DNA of 64,000 bases from an uncultured beta proteobacterium (GCA_942492335.1 CALOEN010000021.1:135155-199154); one strand, 5' to 3'; shown: positions 35,522 to 45,600, counted from the first letter of the stretch. Numbers and translations: made by a program. The notes: generated from the letters alone by a model not told the origin.

Positions 35522-35689
35522 ATGAACCGGACCATTACTTCTGCCGAACTTGCAGCGTTGCTCGAACGCCTGGCTGCTCGCCATGGGCTTCCTCGCGCGG
35601 TTCATCGAGGGCGGCATATGGATGCCTGGAAAGACGCCGGGGGCGCGCTTGCCGCCAAGCCAAAAATAACCCAATCCTCATCAGAATAA
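35522..35689 (+). CDS. Possible small ORF (55 aa) after chrA, not in the ORF track
   Basis: AAGGAGG 6 nt before ATG 35522. MNRTITSAELAALLERLAARHGLPRAVHRGRHMDAWKDAGGALAAKPKITQSSSE. No family recognised. Confidence 0.3.
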   Translation: MNRTITSAELAALLERLAARHGLPRAVHRGRHMDAWKDAGGALAAKPKITQSSSE

Positions 35690-35755
35690 AATAATTATTA
35701 TAAACAATGAGTTGCGATCATAGCGCCCCGCTCTAAGCGGAGAAGAAGTGATGCC

Positions 35756-35827
35756 ATGCAATGGATCACCTGAGAAAGCCCGAAGATAGACCGTATCGTC
35801 CGCGCTTGGCTTGTCGCTGAGGTTTGA
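35756..35827 (+). pseudogene. Possible remnant of a chromate-resistance (ChrB-type) gene N-terminus with an in-frame stop
   Basis: MQWIT*ESPKIDRIVRAWLVAEV resembles the WITRE.PKIDRIACPWLI motif as I remember it. Only about 24 codons survive. Confidence 0.3.
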
Positions 35828-35940
35828 AAATGACCATGACAATGCCCGCTCACGGCAGGGTGATGAATGACGCGCTATATGCCTGGTACCGGGAGCAAAC
35901 AGCAGGCAGCGGTTCTGCAGGCATAAGCGCCGCCGGCGAC

Positions 35941-37380
35941 TCAGCGCTTACCCGCTTCTTCCTTGCGCAACTCGTCGCGCTTGCGCCGAAGTTCCCTGAG
36001 CCTCGCCTCGGTCGCCGAAAGCTGGTAGAAATCTCCATCGCCGCTTTTCACGGCGATCTGCAATTGTTCGACCGCGGCTGGAATATTACTCATCCTGACA
36101 TAGGCCTCGGCCTGGGCGCGGTGCTCCGCCAATCCCTTGTTGAGCATCGCGTAACTGCGCGCCTGCAACAGATAAAGCCGGTAATCCTCGGTGAAGGTCT
36201 GCAGCCGCCCCTCGACCAGCTTCAGCGCCTCCTGGGGCTGGCGGGACCGCAGCAACGCGTCGGCATAATCGTAAATCAGCGCGCGGTAATTGGGGTAGGT
36301 TGTCAGCGCTTCGCGATAGCAGGCCAGTGCGCCACCGGTTTCTCCGGCGGCCCCCCTCAACCCGCAGGCCAGAGTCACGATGATAGGGCTGGCATAGCCG
36401 AGGTTGCGCAATGCGGCGAACTCCCTTTTTGCGCGCGTGAAATCTCTGGTCCGCATGAGGCTCACGACCAGGCCGTAACGGCTCGCCACCTCGCTCAGAA
36501 ATTTCCGTTCACCCAGGCTCTCTTCAAAGAAAGCAACTGCCGCCCGCGGGTCGTCGAAACTTGCCCTGAGTTTGGCGCGTATCAATTGGAACGCCAAACT
36601 GTCCGGAATCTGGCGGTATGGCATGCCCTGGACCCGGTTCTGAATATCGGCCAGTCGCTCATAGGTCAGCGGATGGGTGCGCAGGTAAGACGGCGCACCG
36701 CTCTCATAAAGCCGGGTCGAACGCTGCAGGCGCTCGAAAAACGTCGGCATCGCGTATGGGTCTAAACCCGATCGCTCCAGGATCTGCACGCCCACGCGGT
36801 CGGCTTCCTGTTCGTTAGCGCGTGTAAAATCGAGCTGGTTCTGTATAGCGCCCGCCTGTCCGAACGCAATGGCGGCCTCTGAAACCTGGGAATTCGAGCG
36901 CGCGGCGAGAAGGGCAACCGCCAGGGACGCGAGCGATATGATCTGGCTTTGCTTCTGCTGGTTGATGAGCCGTGCGATATGGCGTTGGGTAACGTGCGCT
37001 ATTTCGTGAGCCATCACGCTTGCCACTTCGGATTCGCCATGGGAAGAGAGAATCAACCCGGTGTTGATGCCAATAAACCCCCCCGGTAACGCGAAGGCGT
37101 TTATCTGATCATCCCTGATCAGGAAAAACTCGAAGTCCTGGCGCGTATCCGTCCCGCGGGTGACCAGCCGGTTGCCAAGACTGTTGATGTAATCAACGGC
37201 CTCGGCATCCTCATAATAGCTGGGGTCGCTGCGAATTTCGCGCATAATGCTCTCGCCGAGCCGCCGCTCCTCCCCCGCTGAAAAACCGGCTTGAGACGCC
37301 TCGCCGAGCTCAGGCAGGCCTTCCGCGATGGCGCGGGGAATGGCCAAAAGCATGAATATCAACAGAAAATGTAAACGCAC
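35941..37380 (-). CDS. bepA: Periplasmic M48 metalloprotease with C-terminal TPR domain (BepA/YfgC-like)
   Basis: Signal peptide. HEXXH motif MAHEIAHVTQRH. TPR-like C-terminal half. Confidence 0.8.
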   Translation of the reverse strand: MRLHFLLIFMLLAIPRAIAEGLPELGEASQAGFSAGEERRLGESIMREIRSDPSYYEDAEAVDYINSLGNRLVTRGTDTRQDFEFFLIRDDQINAFALPGGFIGINTGLILSSHGESEVASVMAHEIAHVTQRHIARLINQQKQSQIISLASLAVALLAARSNSQVSEAAIAFGQAGAIQNQLDFTRANEQEADRVGVQILERSGLDPYAMPTFFERLQRSTRLYESGAPSYLRTHPLTYERLADIQNRVQGMPYRQIPDSLAFQLIRAKLRASFDDPRAAVAFFEESLGERKFLSEVASRYGLVVSLMRTRDFTRAKREFAALRNLGYASPIIVTLACGLRGAAGETGGALACYREALTTYPNYRALIYDYADALLRSRQPQEALKLVEGRLQTFTEDYRLYLLQARSYAMLNKGLAEHRAQAEAYVRMSNIPAAVEQLQIAVKSGDGDFYQLSATEARLRELRRKRDELRKEEAGKR

Positions 37381-37472
37381 GGTGATATGATAAATTGAGT
37401 GGCGGAGAGTTCCTAGGGCCAGTTAATATTTACCGCATCTCACGTGGAAATTGTTGACAGGTTCGATAACCC

Positions 37473-37976
37473 ATGAAAAAAAAACTCACACATTTCGATG
37501 CGCAAGGCCAGGCGCATATGGTCGATGTCGCGGCCAAGGCAGAAACCCATCGTGTCGCCAAGGCCGGGGGACGCGTCAGCATGTTGCCGGCAACGCTCAA
37601 GCAGATCCTGGCCGGATCCGCCAAGAAAGGCGATGTGCTGGGCGTGGCGCGCCTTGCCGCAATCCAGGCAGCCAAGCGCACCTCCGACCTGATCCCGTTA
37701 TGCCATCCGCTGGCGTTAACCCGGATCGACATCGAGTTTGCGACTGACCGCAAGTCATCCGCGATCGAGTGTTTCGCTACTGTCGAAACCGTGGGCCGCA
37801 CCGGTGTCGAAATGGAAGCGCTCACCGCGGTAGCGGCAGCATTGCTCACCATCTACGATATGTGCAAAGCGATCGATCGCGGCATGTGCCTGGAGCATAT
37901 TCGGTTGCTTGAAAAAAAAGGCGGTAAATCAGGGCATTGGCTCGCCAATCGCGCGCGCATGACAAGCAAATCGTAA
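37473..37976 (+). CDS. moaC: Cyclic pyranopterin monophosphate synthase MoaC
   Basis: [25 protein letters not shown]...[10 protein letters not shown]...[23 protein letters not shown]. Confidence 0.92.
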   Translation: MKKKLTHFDAQGQAHMVDVAAKAETHRVAKAGGRVSMLPATLKQILAGSAKKGDVLGVARLAAIQAAKRTSDLIPLCHPLALTRIDIEFATDRKSSAIECFATVETVGRTGVEMEALTAVAAALLTIYDMCKAIDRGMCLEHIRLLEKKGGKSGHWLANRARMTSKS

Positions 37977-38053
37977 ATTATTTGCGCATGGGCGGCGTTG
38001 CCGGCGTGATGGCCTCCTCGGTTTTTCTGATGGCCCTATAAAATTCCTTTTTG

Positions 38054-38082
38054 TGGACAAGGTTCGCGATCCTGTCTAGGAT
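38054..38082 (+). promoter_or_regulatory. Candidate sigma70 promoter for soxYZAX(B) (TGGACA-N17-TAGGAT)
   Basis: Sequence match about 105 nt upstream of the soxY ATG. No other support. Confidence 0.3.
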
Positions 38083-38186
38083 GGGCGAAAATAAGTCAAA
38101 AACAAATACGTATAAGTAAGTGCGCAGAGGAGCGGTGGCCAGCGGCTGCCAGACTTTCATCGAATTATCACCACCAAGGAGTTTCC

Positions 38187-38654
38187 ATGAACGTATTACG
38201 CAGAAGCTTTCTCAAGCTGACCGCGGGCGCAAGCGCACTGACAGCCGCCACGGCTGCCGGGCTCGTCACCAGTGGCCAGGCTTGGGCCGCGGCCTGGAAC
38301 AAGACCGGCTTCGAATCCAAAGCAGTCGCCGACGCGCTGAAGAGCTTGGGCGCATCAAACCTGATCGAAAGCAAGGACATCACGATCACGGCGCCGGACA
38401 TCGCCGAGAACGGTGCGGTAGTGCCGATTGCGGTCACCAGCAAGATTCCCAACACGCAAAGCATTGCCATCGTGGCCGAAAACAACCCGTTTCCGCTGGC
38501 CGCGTCTTTCGATATCAGCAGTGGCCTCGAAGGCTATGTCTCGACCCGGATCAAGATGGGCAAAACGTCCAATGTGCGAGCAATAGTCAAGGCTGACGAC
38601 AAGTTCTATACCGCCACCAAGGAAATCAAAGTCACGGTCGGCGGTTGCGGCTGA
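38187..38654 (+). CDS. soxY: Sulfur carrier protein SoxY
   Basis: Tat signal RRSFLKLTAGASALTAATA. C-terminal carrier motif VTVGGCG*. Confidence 0.92.
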   Translation: MNVLRRSFLKLTAGASALTAATAAGLVTSGQAWAAAWNKTGFESKAVADALKSLGASNLIESKDITITAPDIAENGAVVPIAVTSKIPNTQSIAIVAENNPFPLAASFDISSGLEGYVSTRIKMGKTSNVRAIVKADDKFYTATKEIKVTVGGCG

Positions 38655-38710
38655 TCCCGCGTCAGGCCGAACCGCCACCAGAAAATAACGAGAAAAGGAA
38701 GGAAACCAGA

Positions 38711-39028
38711 ATGGCTGAACCGATGAAAATCCGCGCGAAGATGCAGGGCGATGTCGCCGATGTCCGGATCCTGATGCTGCACCCGATGGAAACCGGGCAA
38801 CGCAAAGCTCAGGGCAAACTCGTCCCTGTCCACTTCATCCAGAGCGTGGTCGTCACGCACAACGGCAATACCGTGCTCGACGCGCAATGGAGCCAGGCGA
38901 TTGCGCGCAATCCATTCCTCGGCCTGCGCGTAAAGGGCGCCAAGGCCGGCGACAAGATTTCCGTCACCTGGACGGATAACAAGGGTGACAAGCGGACAGA
39001 CGAAGTCGCGGTGGCCGCAGGCTCATAG
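38711..39028 (+). CDS. soxZ: SoxZ
   Basis: ATG 38711: MAEPMKIRAKMQGDVADVRILMLHPMETGQRK... Directly follows soxY. Confidence 0.9.
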   Translation: MAEPMKIRAKMQGDVADVRILMLHPMETGQRKAQGKLVPVHFIQSVVVTHNGNTVLDAQWSQAIARNPFLGLRVKGAKAGDKISVTWTDNKGDKRTDEVAVAAGS

Positions 39029-39083
39029 CGAACAGCGGTTTTACACCCGCACTTCAAAATAAAACCAGGAGGAGGTAAAGACC

Positions 39084-39881
39084 ATGCTGAAGTTACGCTG
39101 CGGCATTGCCGCAATTGCTTTCATTTGTATGAGCGGCAGTGCACTAGCCGCCGATCCGCTGGCAGTGGGCCGCCAGATGCTCGCCGAGGACAACCCGGGC
39201 GATCTGTTCTTGGACCGTGCCAAGGCGCTGTTTCATGAAAAGCGCGGCCCCAAGAAGGTCTCACTGGAACAGTGCGACTTCGGCCTGGGGCCGGGAAAGA
39301 TCGAAGGCGCCGCTGCCCAACTGCCCCGCTACTTCTCCGACACCGACAGCGTGCAGGACTTGGAATCCCGGCTGGTGACCTGCATGGTTCAACTGCAGGG
39401 GTTCAACCGCAAAGACGTCATCAAAAAGGCGATGAGTCCCTCGCGTAGCCGTGGTTCGGATGTGGAACTCGCGGCGTTGTACATCACTTCCAGGTCGAAC
39501 GGGAAGAAAATGGATGTCTCGCTCAGCCACCAGAAAGAGTACGACATGTACAAGGCCGGCGAGTATCTGTTCTACCGGCGCAGTGGTCAAACCGACTTCG
39601 GGTGCGTCACCTGCCACGGTGAGTCCGGCAAGCGCATACGCCTGCAGGACCTGATGAATATGACCGATAAAAAGCAAACCCAGGAGGTTGTCTCGACCTG
39701 GCCCGCGTATCGCGGCGCGCATTACACGATCCGAACCATGCAGTGGCGGCTTTCCGATTGTCTGTGGCAGATGCGGCTGCCCGATCTGGACTATGCATCG
39801 GATTTCACCATCGCGATGACCACGTATCTCCACTATCAAGGCAACGGGGCCGTGATTCAGGTTCCCGGCTTCAAACGCTAA
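39084..39881 (+). CDS. soxA: SoxA c-type cytochrome (single CXXCH visible)
   Basis: Signal peptide. CVTCHG haem motif. Downstream conserved Cys in RLSDCLWQMRLPD. Confidence 0.88.
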   Translation: MLKLRCGIAAIAFICMSGSALAADPLAVGRQMLAEDNPGDLFLDRAKALFHEKRGPKKVSLEQCDFGLGPGKIEGAAAQLPRYFSDTDSVQDLESRLVTCMVQLQGFNRKDVIKKAMSPSRSRGSDVELAALYITSRSNGKKMDVSLSHQKEYDMYKAGEYLFYRRSGQTDFGCVTCHGESGKRIRLQDLMNMTDKKQTQEVVSTWPAYRGAHYTIRTMQWRLSDCLWQMRLPDLDYASDFTIAMTTYLHYQGNGAVIQVPGFKR

Positions 39882-39896
39882 GGAAGAGAGGAACGC

Positions 39897-40535
39897 ATGC
39901 AAAATAAAATATGGTTGAAATGCACGCTGCTGGTTGTCCCGGCACTGATTGCCGCGGGCTGCGCGACTTATCCGGATCAGGCAACCACGCACCAGATCGC
40001 GGAAAAAATGGTGAAGGACAGCTTCACCGCCACGCCACAAACCGCGAAGCGCCTGGTGCAGGACAAATCGCAGCAGATCTGCAGCAAGATCGGGGATGAA
40101 AAACTCACGGAGGCGGAAGCCGCCGAAGTGGTCAAACTGGCACGCGCTTCCTTCAAGTATCCGGCATCCGGCAAGCTCGTGGGCAACTGGAAGGTCGGCG
40201 ACAAGCTCGCGCATAACGGCGCCGGTGACCGTATTCGCAGAGGCAAGCTCGAAAAGCGCAAGGAAAACGGTGCGCTCTGCCAGAACTGCCATGGCCTCGC
40301 AGCCGGAGAAGTGAACGTGGGCAATGTGGGGCCGAGCCTTACCGGCTACGGCGCGCAGCGCGGCAATTCCGATGCGATTGCGAAATACACGTACGAGAAA
40401 ATCTACAACGCCTGGGCGGTTTTTCCGTGTTCCAACATGCCGCGCCTCGGCGCCACCGGCCATCTCACGCCGGAACAGATCACCCACGTGGTGGCGTATC
40501 TGATCGATCCGCAATCACCGGTCAACAAGAAATAG
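39897..40535 (+). CDS. soxX: SoxX monohaem cytochrome c
   Basis: Lipoprotein-like signal (LIAAGC). CQNCHG haem motif. ...CSNMPRLG. Confidence 0.85.
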   Translation: MQNKIWLKCTLLVVPALIAAGCATYPDQATTHQIAEKMVKDSFTATPQTAKRLVQDKSQQICSKIGDEKLTEAEAAEVVKLARASFKYPASGKLVGNWKVGDKLAHNGAGDRIRRGKLEKRKENGALCQNCHGLAAGEVNVGNVGPSLTGYGAQRGNSDAIAKYTYEKIYNAWAVFPCSNMPRLGATGHLTPEQITHVVAYLIDPQSPVNKK

Positions 40536-40563
40536 CCGCACCTTAATCAGGGCACGATTTCCG

Positions 40564-40592
40564 GAGGCTTGGGCAACCAAGCCTCTTTTTTT
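40564..40592 (+). terminator. Rho-independent terminator/attenuator between soxX and soxB
   Basis: GAGGCTTGG-gcaa-CCAAGCCTC followed by T7 (40586..40592). Confidence 0.75.
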
Positions 40593-40608
40593 CAGGGTAC
40601 TAACCATT

Positions 40609-42327
40609 ATGAGCATGTCACGTAGGGAATTTCTGCAAATGCTGGCGGTAGCCGCAGGTTCAGGCTTTGCCTTGGACAGCAACAAAGTCTGGTCGGCAAA
40701 CCAGGGCAACGGCTTATATGACCTGCACAAGTTCGGCAACAACGTGACGCTGATGCACTTCACCGACTGCCATGCGCAACTGCTGCCGATTTATTACCGC
40801 GAACCCGATATCAACCTCGGCAGCTACAACAGCCGGGGCAAGCCGCCACACCTGGTCGGCGAAGCACTGCTCAAGTATTTCAAGATCAGCCCGAACTCGC
40901 GCCTGGCGCATGCCTTCACCTATCTCGATTTCGAGAAAGCAGCCCGCACCTACGGCAAGGTCGGCGGCTTCGCGCATCTGGCGGCGCTGGTCAAGCGCGT
41001 GCGCGCGCAGCGCCCCGGCGCGCTGTTGCTCGATGGCGGCGACACCTGGCAGGGGTCGGCCACGGCATTGTGGACCAACGCACAGGACATGGTCGATGCC
41101 TCCAAACTGTTGGGGGTGGACATCATGACCGGGCACTGGGAATTCACCTATGGCGCTGACCGCGTAAAGGAAATCGTCACCAAGGATTTCTCCGGGAAAA
41201 TCGAGTTTCTGGCACAAAACATCAGAACCGCCGATTTCGGGGATCCGGTGTTCAAGTCTTATGTCATGCGCGAAATCAACGGCGTGCCGGTGGCCATCAT
41301 CGGCCAGGCCTTCCCCTACACGCCGATTGCCAACCCGCGCCACAAAGTGGCCGAATGGACTTTCGGCATCCAGGAAGAGAACCTCCAGAAAACCGTGAAC
41401 GAGGTTATCAGGAAAGGCGCGCAGGCGGTGGTCCTGCTGTCGCACAACGGCATGGACGTCGACCTCAAGCTGGCCTCGCGCGTCACCGGCATCACCGCGA
41501 TCCTCGGCGGCCATACCCACGACGCGATACCCGAACCGGTGCTGGTCAAAAATTCCGCAGGCACTACCCTGGTGACCAATGCAGGATCCAACGGCAAGTT
41601 TCTGGCGGTGCTCGATCTTGACGTGCGCGGCGGCGCGGTGAAAGGTTTCCAGTACCGGCTGCTGCCAGTGTTTGCCAATCTGCTGGAGCCCGACCAGGAA
41701 ATGGCGAAGCTGATCAGCAAGATGCGCGCCCCTTACGAGGCCAAACTGGCCGAGAAGCTCGCCGTCAGCGAAGGGCTGCTCTACCGCCGCGGCAATTTCA
41801 ACGGCACGTTCGATCAACTCATTCTCGATGCGCTGATGGAAGTCAAAGGCGCCGAGATCGCGTTCTCCCCCGGCTTCCGCTGGGGCACGACGATACTGCC
41901 CAACCAGGCCATCACCATGGAAAATGTGATGGACCAGACCGCGATCACCTACCCCAATGTCACCGTAACCGAGATGCCCGGGGAAACCATCAAGACCATA
42001 CTCGAAGACGTGTGCGACAACCTGTTCAACCCCGATCCGTACTATCAGCAGGGCGGCGACATGGTGCGCATCGGCGGCATGCAATATACCTGCGATCCGC
42101 GCCAGAAAATCGGCGCCCGTATCAGCAACATGACGCTCAAGGGCAAGCCGATCGAAGCCGGCAAGAAATACAAGCTGGCGAGCTGGGCACCGGTTGCCGA
42201 GGGCGCAACCGGCGAACCGGTGTGGGAGGTGGTGACCACCTACTTGCGCGACAAGAAAGTCATACGCCCGCCCCGGCTCAACCGGCCGACGCTGCTGGGA
42301 GTCAAAGGCAATCCCGGCATAGCCTGA
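40609..42327 (+). CDS. soxB: Thiosulfohydrolase SoxB
   Basis: Tat signal MSMSRREFLQMLAVAAGSGFAL. Metallophosphoesterase motifs FTDCHAQL, GGDTWQGS, GHWEF. 5'-nucleotidase-like C-terminal domain. Confidence 0.92.
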   Translation: MSMSRREFLQMLAVAAGSGFALDSNKVWSANQGNGLYDLHKFGNNVTLMHFTDCHAQLLPIYYREPDINLGSYNSRGKPPHLVGEALLKYFKISPNSRLAHAFTYLDFEKAARTYGKVGGFAHLAALVKRVRAQRPGALLLDGGDTWQGSATALWTNAQDMVDASKLLGVDIMTGHWEFTYGADRVKEIVTKDFSGKIEFLAQNIRTADFGDPVFKSYVMREINGVPVAIIGQAFPYTPIANPRHKVAEWTFGIQEENLQKTVNEVIRKGAQAVVLLSHNGMDVDLKLASRVTGITAILGGHTHDAIPEPVLVKNSAGTTLVTNAGSNGKFLAVLDLDVRGGAVKGFQYRLLPVFANLLEPDQEMAKLISKMRAPYEAKLAEKLAVSEGLLYRRGNFNGTFDQLILDALMEVKGAEIAFSPGFRWGTTILPNQAITMENVMDQTAITYPNVTVTEMPGETIKTILEDVCDNLFNPDPYYQQGGDMVRIGGMQYTCDPRQKIGARISNMTLKGKPIEAGKKYKLASWAPVAEGATGEPVWEVVTTYLRDKKVIRPPRLNRPTLLGVKGNPGIA

Positions 42328-42380
42328 TCGTCAGACCAGCCGGGAAAGCAGAGGCCCGCACCCACCAGCCCTGGAGCAGG

Positions 42381-44072
42381 TCACCGTGAGGTTGGGGCCG
42401 TCTTCTTTGGTTGCAGCAATCCGCTGCCGGGATGTTCCAGGCGGCTGAGTTCATAGTTGCCACCCAAATATCCCAGTTTTGATGCCCGACGGTACAGCGC
42501 TTTTGCTTCCGGCAACCGGCCCAGGTGTTCCAGGGCCAGGCCGAGACGATGATGCGTGACTCCGTCATCGGGCTGCAGCTCACGCGCACGCTCTAGAAAC
42601 GGCCGGGCGAGTTCATACTGTTCCAGCTGCAGGTGAATTGCGCCGCGCGCATAGTAGCAATGGAAGGTATTCGGGTAACGCGCCAGGCACAGATCAGTGA
42701 GGGCTATCGCCCGTTCCGGCCGCCCGTCGTACAGGTATTCCCGGCCGAGATTGTAGAGCGTGCGCGAGCCCCACGGCACCGGCTTTTCTGGAAGTCTGGC
42801 GACCGCGTCCTCCCACAATCGCAGCGAACTGGAAAAGGTCACAAGGCGATCGTGTGCCTGGAACAACAACACCGGTACCACGAAAACGAATGCTGTGAGC
42901 GCGGCGCGGCGCGGAATGGCACTGAGCGCCGCCGCGAGCGCAATAAACAGACCCGGCGCCCAGAGATAACTACGGTACAGCACAAACGGTTCCTGGAAAC
43001 GCGCCGTGCTGAACTCGACCAGATACAACACCCAGACGTAAAGCAAGCCGAATCCAATGAGCCCGGCCCGGCCGCCGCGCCGCAACAGCAGAAAACCGAT
43101 GATGCCGTACGCGGCAAATGCACCCACCTTGAGCGCGATCCAGCCTGCGGACCACGTGCCGAGAAAATCAACGCGCAAATCGATCGACATCGCCTGAACA
43201 TCGGGCCACAGCCACAGCGCGAGATAGTTGAAAAACAGACCGGCCTGAGTGACCGCGCTCAGCGACCAGGGAAACGCCCCAATATCCTGCCCGAACACGC
43301 TCTCGAGTTGGGTGGCCACCTGGCCGAAATCCGGTTCGTAGGATGCGCCAATCAGCCCCTTGCTGAGCAGCGCCACGAAGATGGCCGCAGGCGCGCAGAT
43401 CAGCAAATAGATGATCACATGACGCACGGCAAAGCGCCGCTCGACCGCCACCAGCGGTACTGCGAGTATGGCTACTGCGGGCAGCAACACGCTGTGCTCT
43501 TTGCTCAGCACCGCAAGCGAAAATAACAGTGCCGCCGATATCGCATCGGCATGGCTGCGGCGCGTCAAACCCCGGATGAACAGGATTGCCGACAACAGCG
43601 AAAACAGAGTGGCAAGAACAATGCTGCGCTGGATCAGATAACCCGCGCCGTAGACCGCCGCCGGCTGAATGACGAATAACACTGCGCCGATCGAGGCCCA
43701 GGCTGCGGCGTGAGTCGCCATGCCGTGCTGCTCTCCGGAACCATCTGGACGTCGCGCTGCGAGGAACAGATCGAAAATCAGCTTGTACAGCGCCAGCGCG
43801 CAAGCTACGTGCAGCGCAAGACCCAGAATACGGTGCGCTTCTATGCGCCCCCATAAGACCTCGACGAACGCAAGAGAAAAATAGGAGGGAATTCTCAACC
43901 CCCACCCCAGCGGATGCGTGGCGAAATACGACAGCAACCGTCCTGAGAAAAACCCTTTGTCGTCAAATACCGGCGGATTGCCCAGGAATGGCAGATACAG
44001 CGCGCAGGCCAGCACCACGATCACGCTTACGCCGATCAGATGCTGAAAACGCCGGGTGAAATTCATAGTCAT
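42381..44072 (-). CDS. Polytopic membrane protein with C-terminal TPR repeats (GT-C/PMT-like architecture; candidate pilin-modifying enzyme)
   Basis: About 10 or more hydrophobic helices in the first ~400 aa, then TPR-like repeats (YNLGREYLYDGRPERAI..., YYARGAIHLQLEQYELA..., HHRLGLALEHLGRLPEA...). Immediately downstream of the pilin genes. Confidence 0.6.
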   Translation of the reverse strand: MTMNFTRRFQHLIGVSVIVVLACALYLPFLGNPPVFDDKGFFSGRLLSYFATHPLGWGLRIPSYFSLAFVEVLWGRIEAHRILGLALHVACALALYKLIFDLFLAARRPDGSGEQHGMATHAAAWASIGAVLFVIQPAAVYGAGYLIQRSIVLATLFSLLSAILFIRGLTRRSHADAISAALLFSLAVLSKEHSVLLPAVAILAVPLVAVERRFAVRHVIIYLLICAPAAIFVALLSKGLIGASYEPDFGQVATQLESVFGQDIGAFPWSLSAVTQAGLFFNYLALWLWPDVQAMSIDLRVDFLGTWSAGWIALKVGAFAAYGIIGFLLLRRGGRAGLIGFGLLYVWVLYLVEFSTARFQEPFVLYRSYLWAPGLFIALAAALSAIPRRAALTAFVFVVPVLLFQAHDRLVTFSSSLRLWEDAVARLPEKPVPWGSRTLYNLGREYLYDGRPERAIALTDLCLARYPNTFHCYYARGAIHLQLEQYELARPFLERARELQPDDGVTHHRLGLALEHLGRLPEAKALYRRASKLGYLGGNYELSRLEHPGSGLLQPKKTAPTSR

Positions 44073-44075
44073 GGG

Positions 44076-44107
44076 AAAAAAAAAGGTACCCCGTAGGGTA
44101 CCTTTTT
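44076..44107 (-). terminator. Rho-independent terminator after pilin copy 1
   Basis: GGTACCC-cgta-GGGTACC (44085..44102). Minus-sense is followed by a T9 run. Confidence 0.8.
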
Positions 44108-44124
44108 CCTAAGCCAGTTGGCTA

Positions 44125-44592
44125 TTACGAACCGCGGCAGGAGCCGGGCAGGTACTTGGGCGGCAGGGTCGTGCCGTCTGCCGGCAGACCGCAGCGCCAG
44201 CCGTTGGGACCCGTGCCCATATTGGCAGCAGTATTCGCCGCAGCGGCGCCAATCATCGGCACCAGCGTTACGAACGTGCCGTCGACGTCGGACTTGATGT
44301 TGGCGCCCACGGTAACGGTAACCTTGCCGTCGGCATCAGTCGCAATACCGGCGACGTATTTCGAGGTCGCGCCTTCGCAGCCCCAGTTGTTCGCGCCGGG
44401 CGGCGTGCCGCCAGTCTGGTAGACCTCGGTAATACCGGTGCGGCAGGCACTCGCCGCCAGGATCACCTCGGACATTTTCGCGCGGACGGTATAGTCCTGA
44501 TACGCGGGCAGCGCAACCGCCGCCAGAATACCGATGATCGCGACCACGATCATCAGTTCGATCAATGTAAAACCCTGTTGTAACTTTTTCAT
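44125..44592 (-). CDS. pilE: Type IV (type IVa) major pilin, copy 1
   Basis: [34 protein letters not shown] (class III signal, G-1/F+1/E+5). Four Cys. C-terminal ...GSCRGS. Confidence 0.9.
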   Translation of the reverse strand: MKKLQQGFTLIELMIVVAIIGILAAVALPAYQDYTVRAKMSEVILAASACRTGITEVYQTGGTPPGANNWGCEGATSKYVAGIATDADGKVTVTVGANIKSDVDGTFVTLVPMIGAAAANTAANMGTGPNGWRCGLPADGTTLPPKYLPGSCRGS

Positions 44593-44655
44593 GATAAAGA
44601 TCCTAAGAGAGTTGAGGGAAAACACAAACTTTCGTTTGCGTTTGATTAACTAGAA

Positions 44656-44671
44656 CGCAATAACTGTACCA
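44656..44671 (-). promoter_or_regulatory. Sigma54 (-24/-12) promoter for pilin copy 1
   Basis: Minus-sense TGGTAC-AGTTA-TTGCG (GG-N10-GC), about 65 nt upstream of the ATG. Confidence 0.65.
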
Positions 44672-44898
44672 GCACAGTCGTAAAAACATCTCTTTTTTGT
44701 TTATCTATCTAATACAGCAGGATAGCCTGTCTTCCCCAAGCGAGCTATCTATGCGACTGAGACATTTATCACTATGGGGATCCGCACCCCTGCGTTAAGC
44801 ACAACTATTCAGGGCACATAGTGACTGTTTCTGTCAGTCCAGTTTCCATCGCTTGATTGAACGGTACTTACTGCCTAGCTTGGTTGATGGCCTGAACT

Positions 44899-45021
44899 TT
44901 ACCCTTGCACGGCAAGCGTCAAATCGGTTGTCCACCTGTATAGCACCGGCGCGCCGGCAAGTGTGCCGATCACGCCTGTGCTGATTACATGCTGAAAACG
45001 CTCGTTGAAATTCATAATCAT
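44899..45021 (-). pseudogene. 5' remnant of a duplicated copy of the TPR membrane-protein gene
   Basis: MIMNFNERFQHVISTGVIGTLAGAP... against the full-length MTMNFTRRFQHLIGVSVIVVLACAL.... The DNA at 44961..45021 parallels 44020..44072. It stops after 40 codons. Confidence 0.65.
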
Positions 45022-45025
45022 GAGC

Positions 45026-45055
45026 AAAAAAAGGCACCCCGCAGGGTGCCTTTTT
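45026..45055 (-). terminator. Rho-independent terminator after pilin copy 2
   Basis: GGCACCC-cgca-GGGTGCC (45033..45050) flanked by A7 and T5 runs. Paralogous to the hairpin at 44085..44102. Confidence 0.8.
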
Positions 45056-45072
45056 CCCAAGCCAGTTGGCTA

Positions 45073-45540
45073 TTACGAGCCGCGGCAGGAACCGGGCAGG
45101 TACTTGGGCGGCAGGGTCGTGCCGTCAGCCGGCAGACCGCAACGCCAGCCGTTGGGGCCCGTGCCCATATCGGTTCCCGTATTCGCCGCATTGGCGCCGA
45201 TCATCGGCACCAGCGTTACGAACGTGCCGTCGACGTCGGACTTGATGTTGTTGCCCACGGTGACGGTAACCTTGCCATTGGCATCAGTCGCGATATTGGC
45301 GACGTATTTCGAGGACGCGCCTTCGCAGCCCCAGTTGTTCGCGCCGGGCGGCGTGCCGCCGGATTGATAGACTTCGGTAATACCGGTGCGGCAGGCACTC
45401 GCCGCCAGGATCACCTCGGACATTTTCGCGCGGACGGTATAGTCCTGATACGCGGGCAGCGCAACCGCCGCCAGAATGCCGATGATCGCGACCACAATCA
45501 TCAGCTCGATCAGGGTGAAGCCCTGTTGTAACTGTTTCAT
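45073..45540 (-). CDS. pilE: Type IV (type IVa) major pilin, copy 2
   Basis: [25 protein letters not shown].... Differs from copy 1 at 10 of 155 residues (my count), nine of them in the globular domain. Confidence 0.9.
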   Translation of the reverse strand: MKQLQQGFTLIELMIVVAIIGILAAVALPAYQDYTVRAKMSEVILAASACRTGITEVYQSGGTPPGANNWGCEGASSKYVANIATDANGKVTVTVGNNIKSDVDGTFVTLVPMIGANAANTGTDMGTGPNGWRCGLPADGTTLPPKYLPGSCRGS

Positions 45541-45600
45541 TAAAATATCTCCTGAAAGTTGATGGAAAACACAAACTTTCGTTTGCGTCTCACGCCATAG

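Noticed and set aside
35383-35694. 103-aa plus-strand ORF overlapping the chrA 3' end.
   Set aside because: It is an alternative frame of chrA for most of its length, with an Arg/Cys/Pro-rich translation. Only the separate 55-codon ORF with a strong RBS (35522..35689) was kept, at low confidence.
37978-38160. 60-aa minus-strand ORF between moaC and soxY.
   Set aside because: No RBS and AT-rich atypical codon usage. It overlaps the likely sox promoter region.
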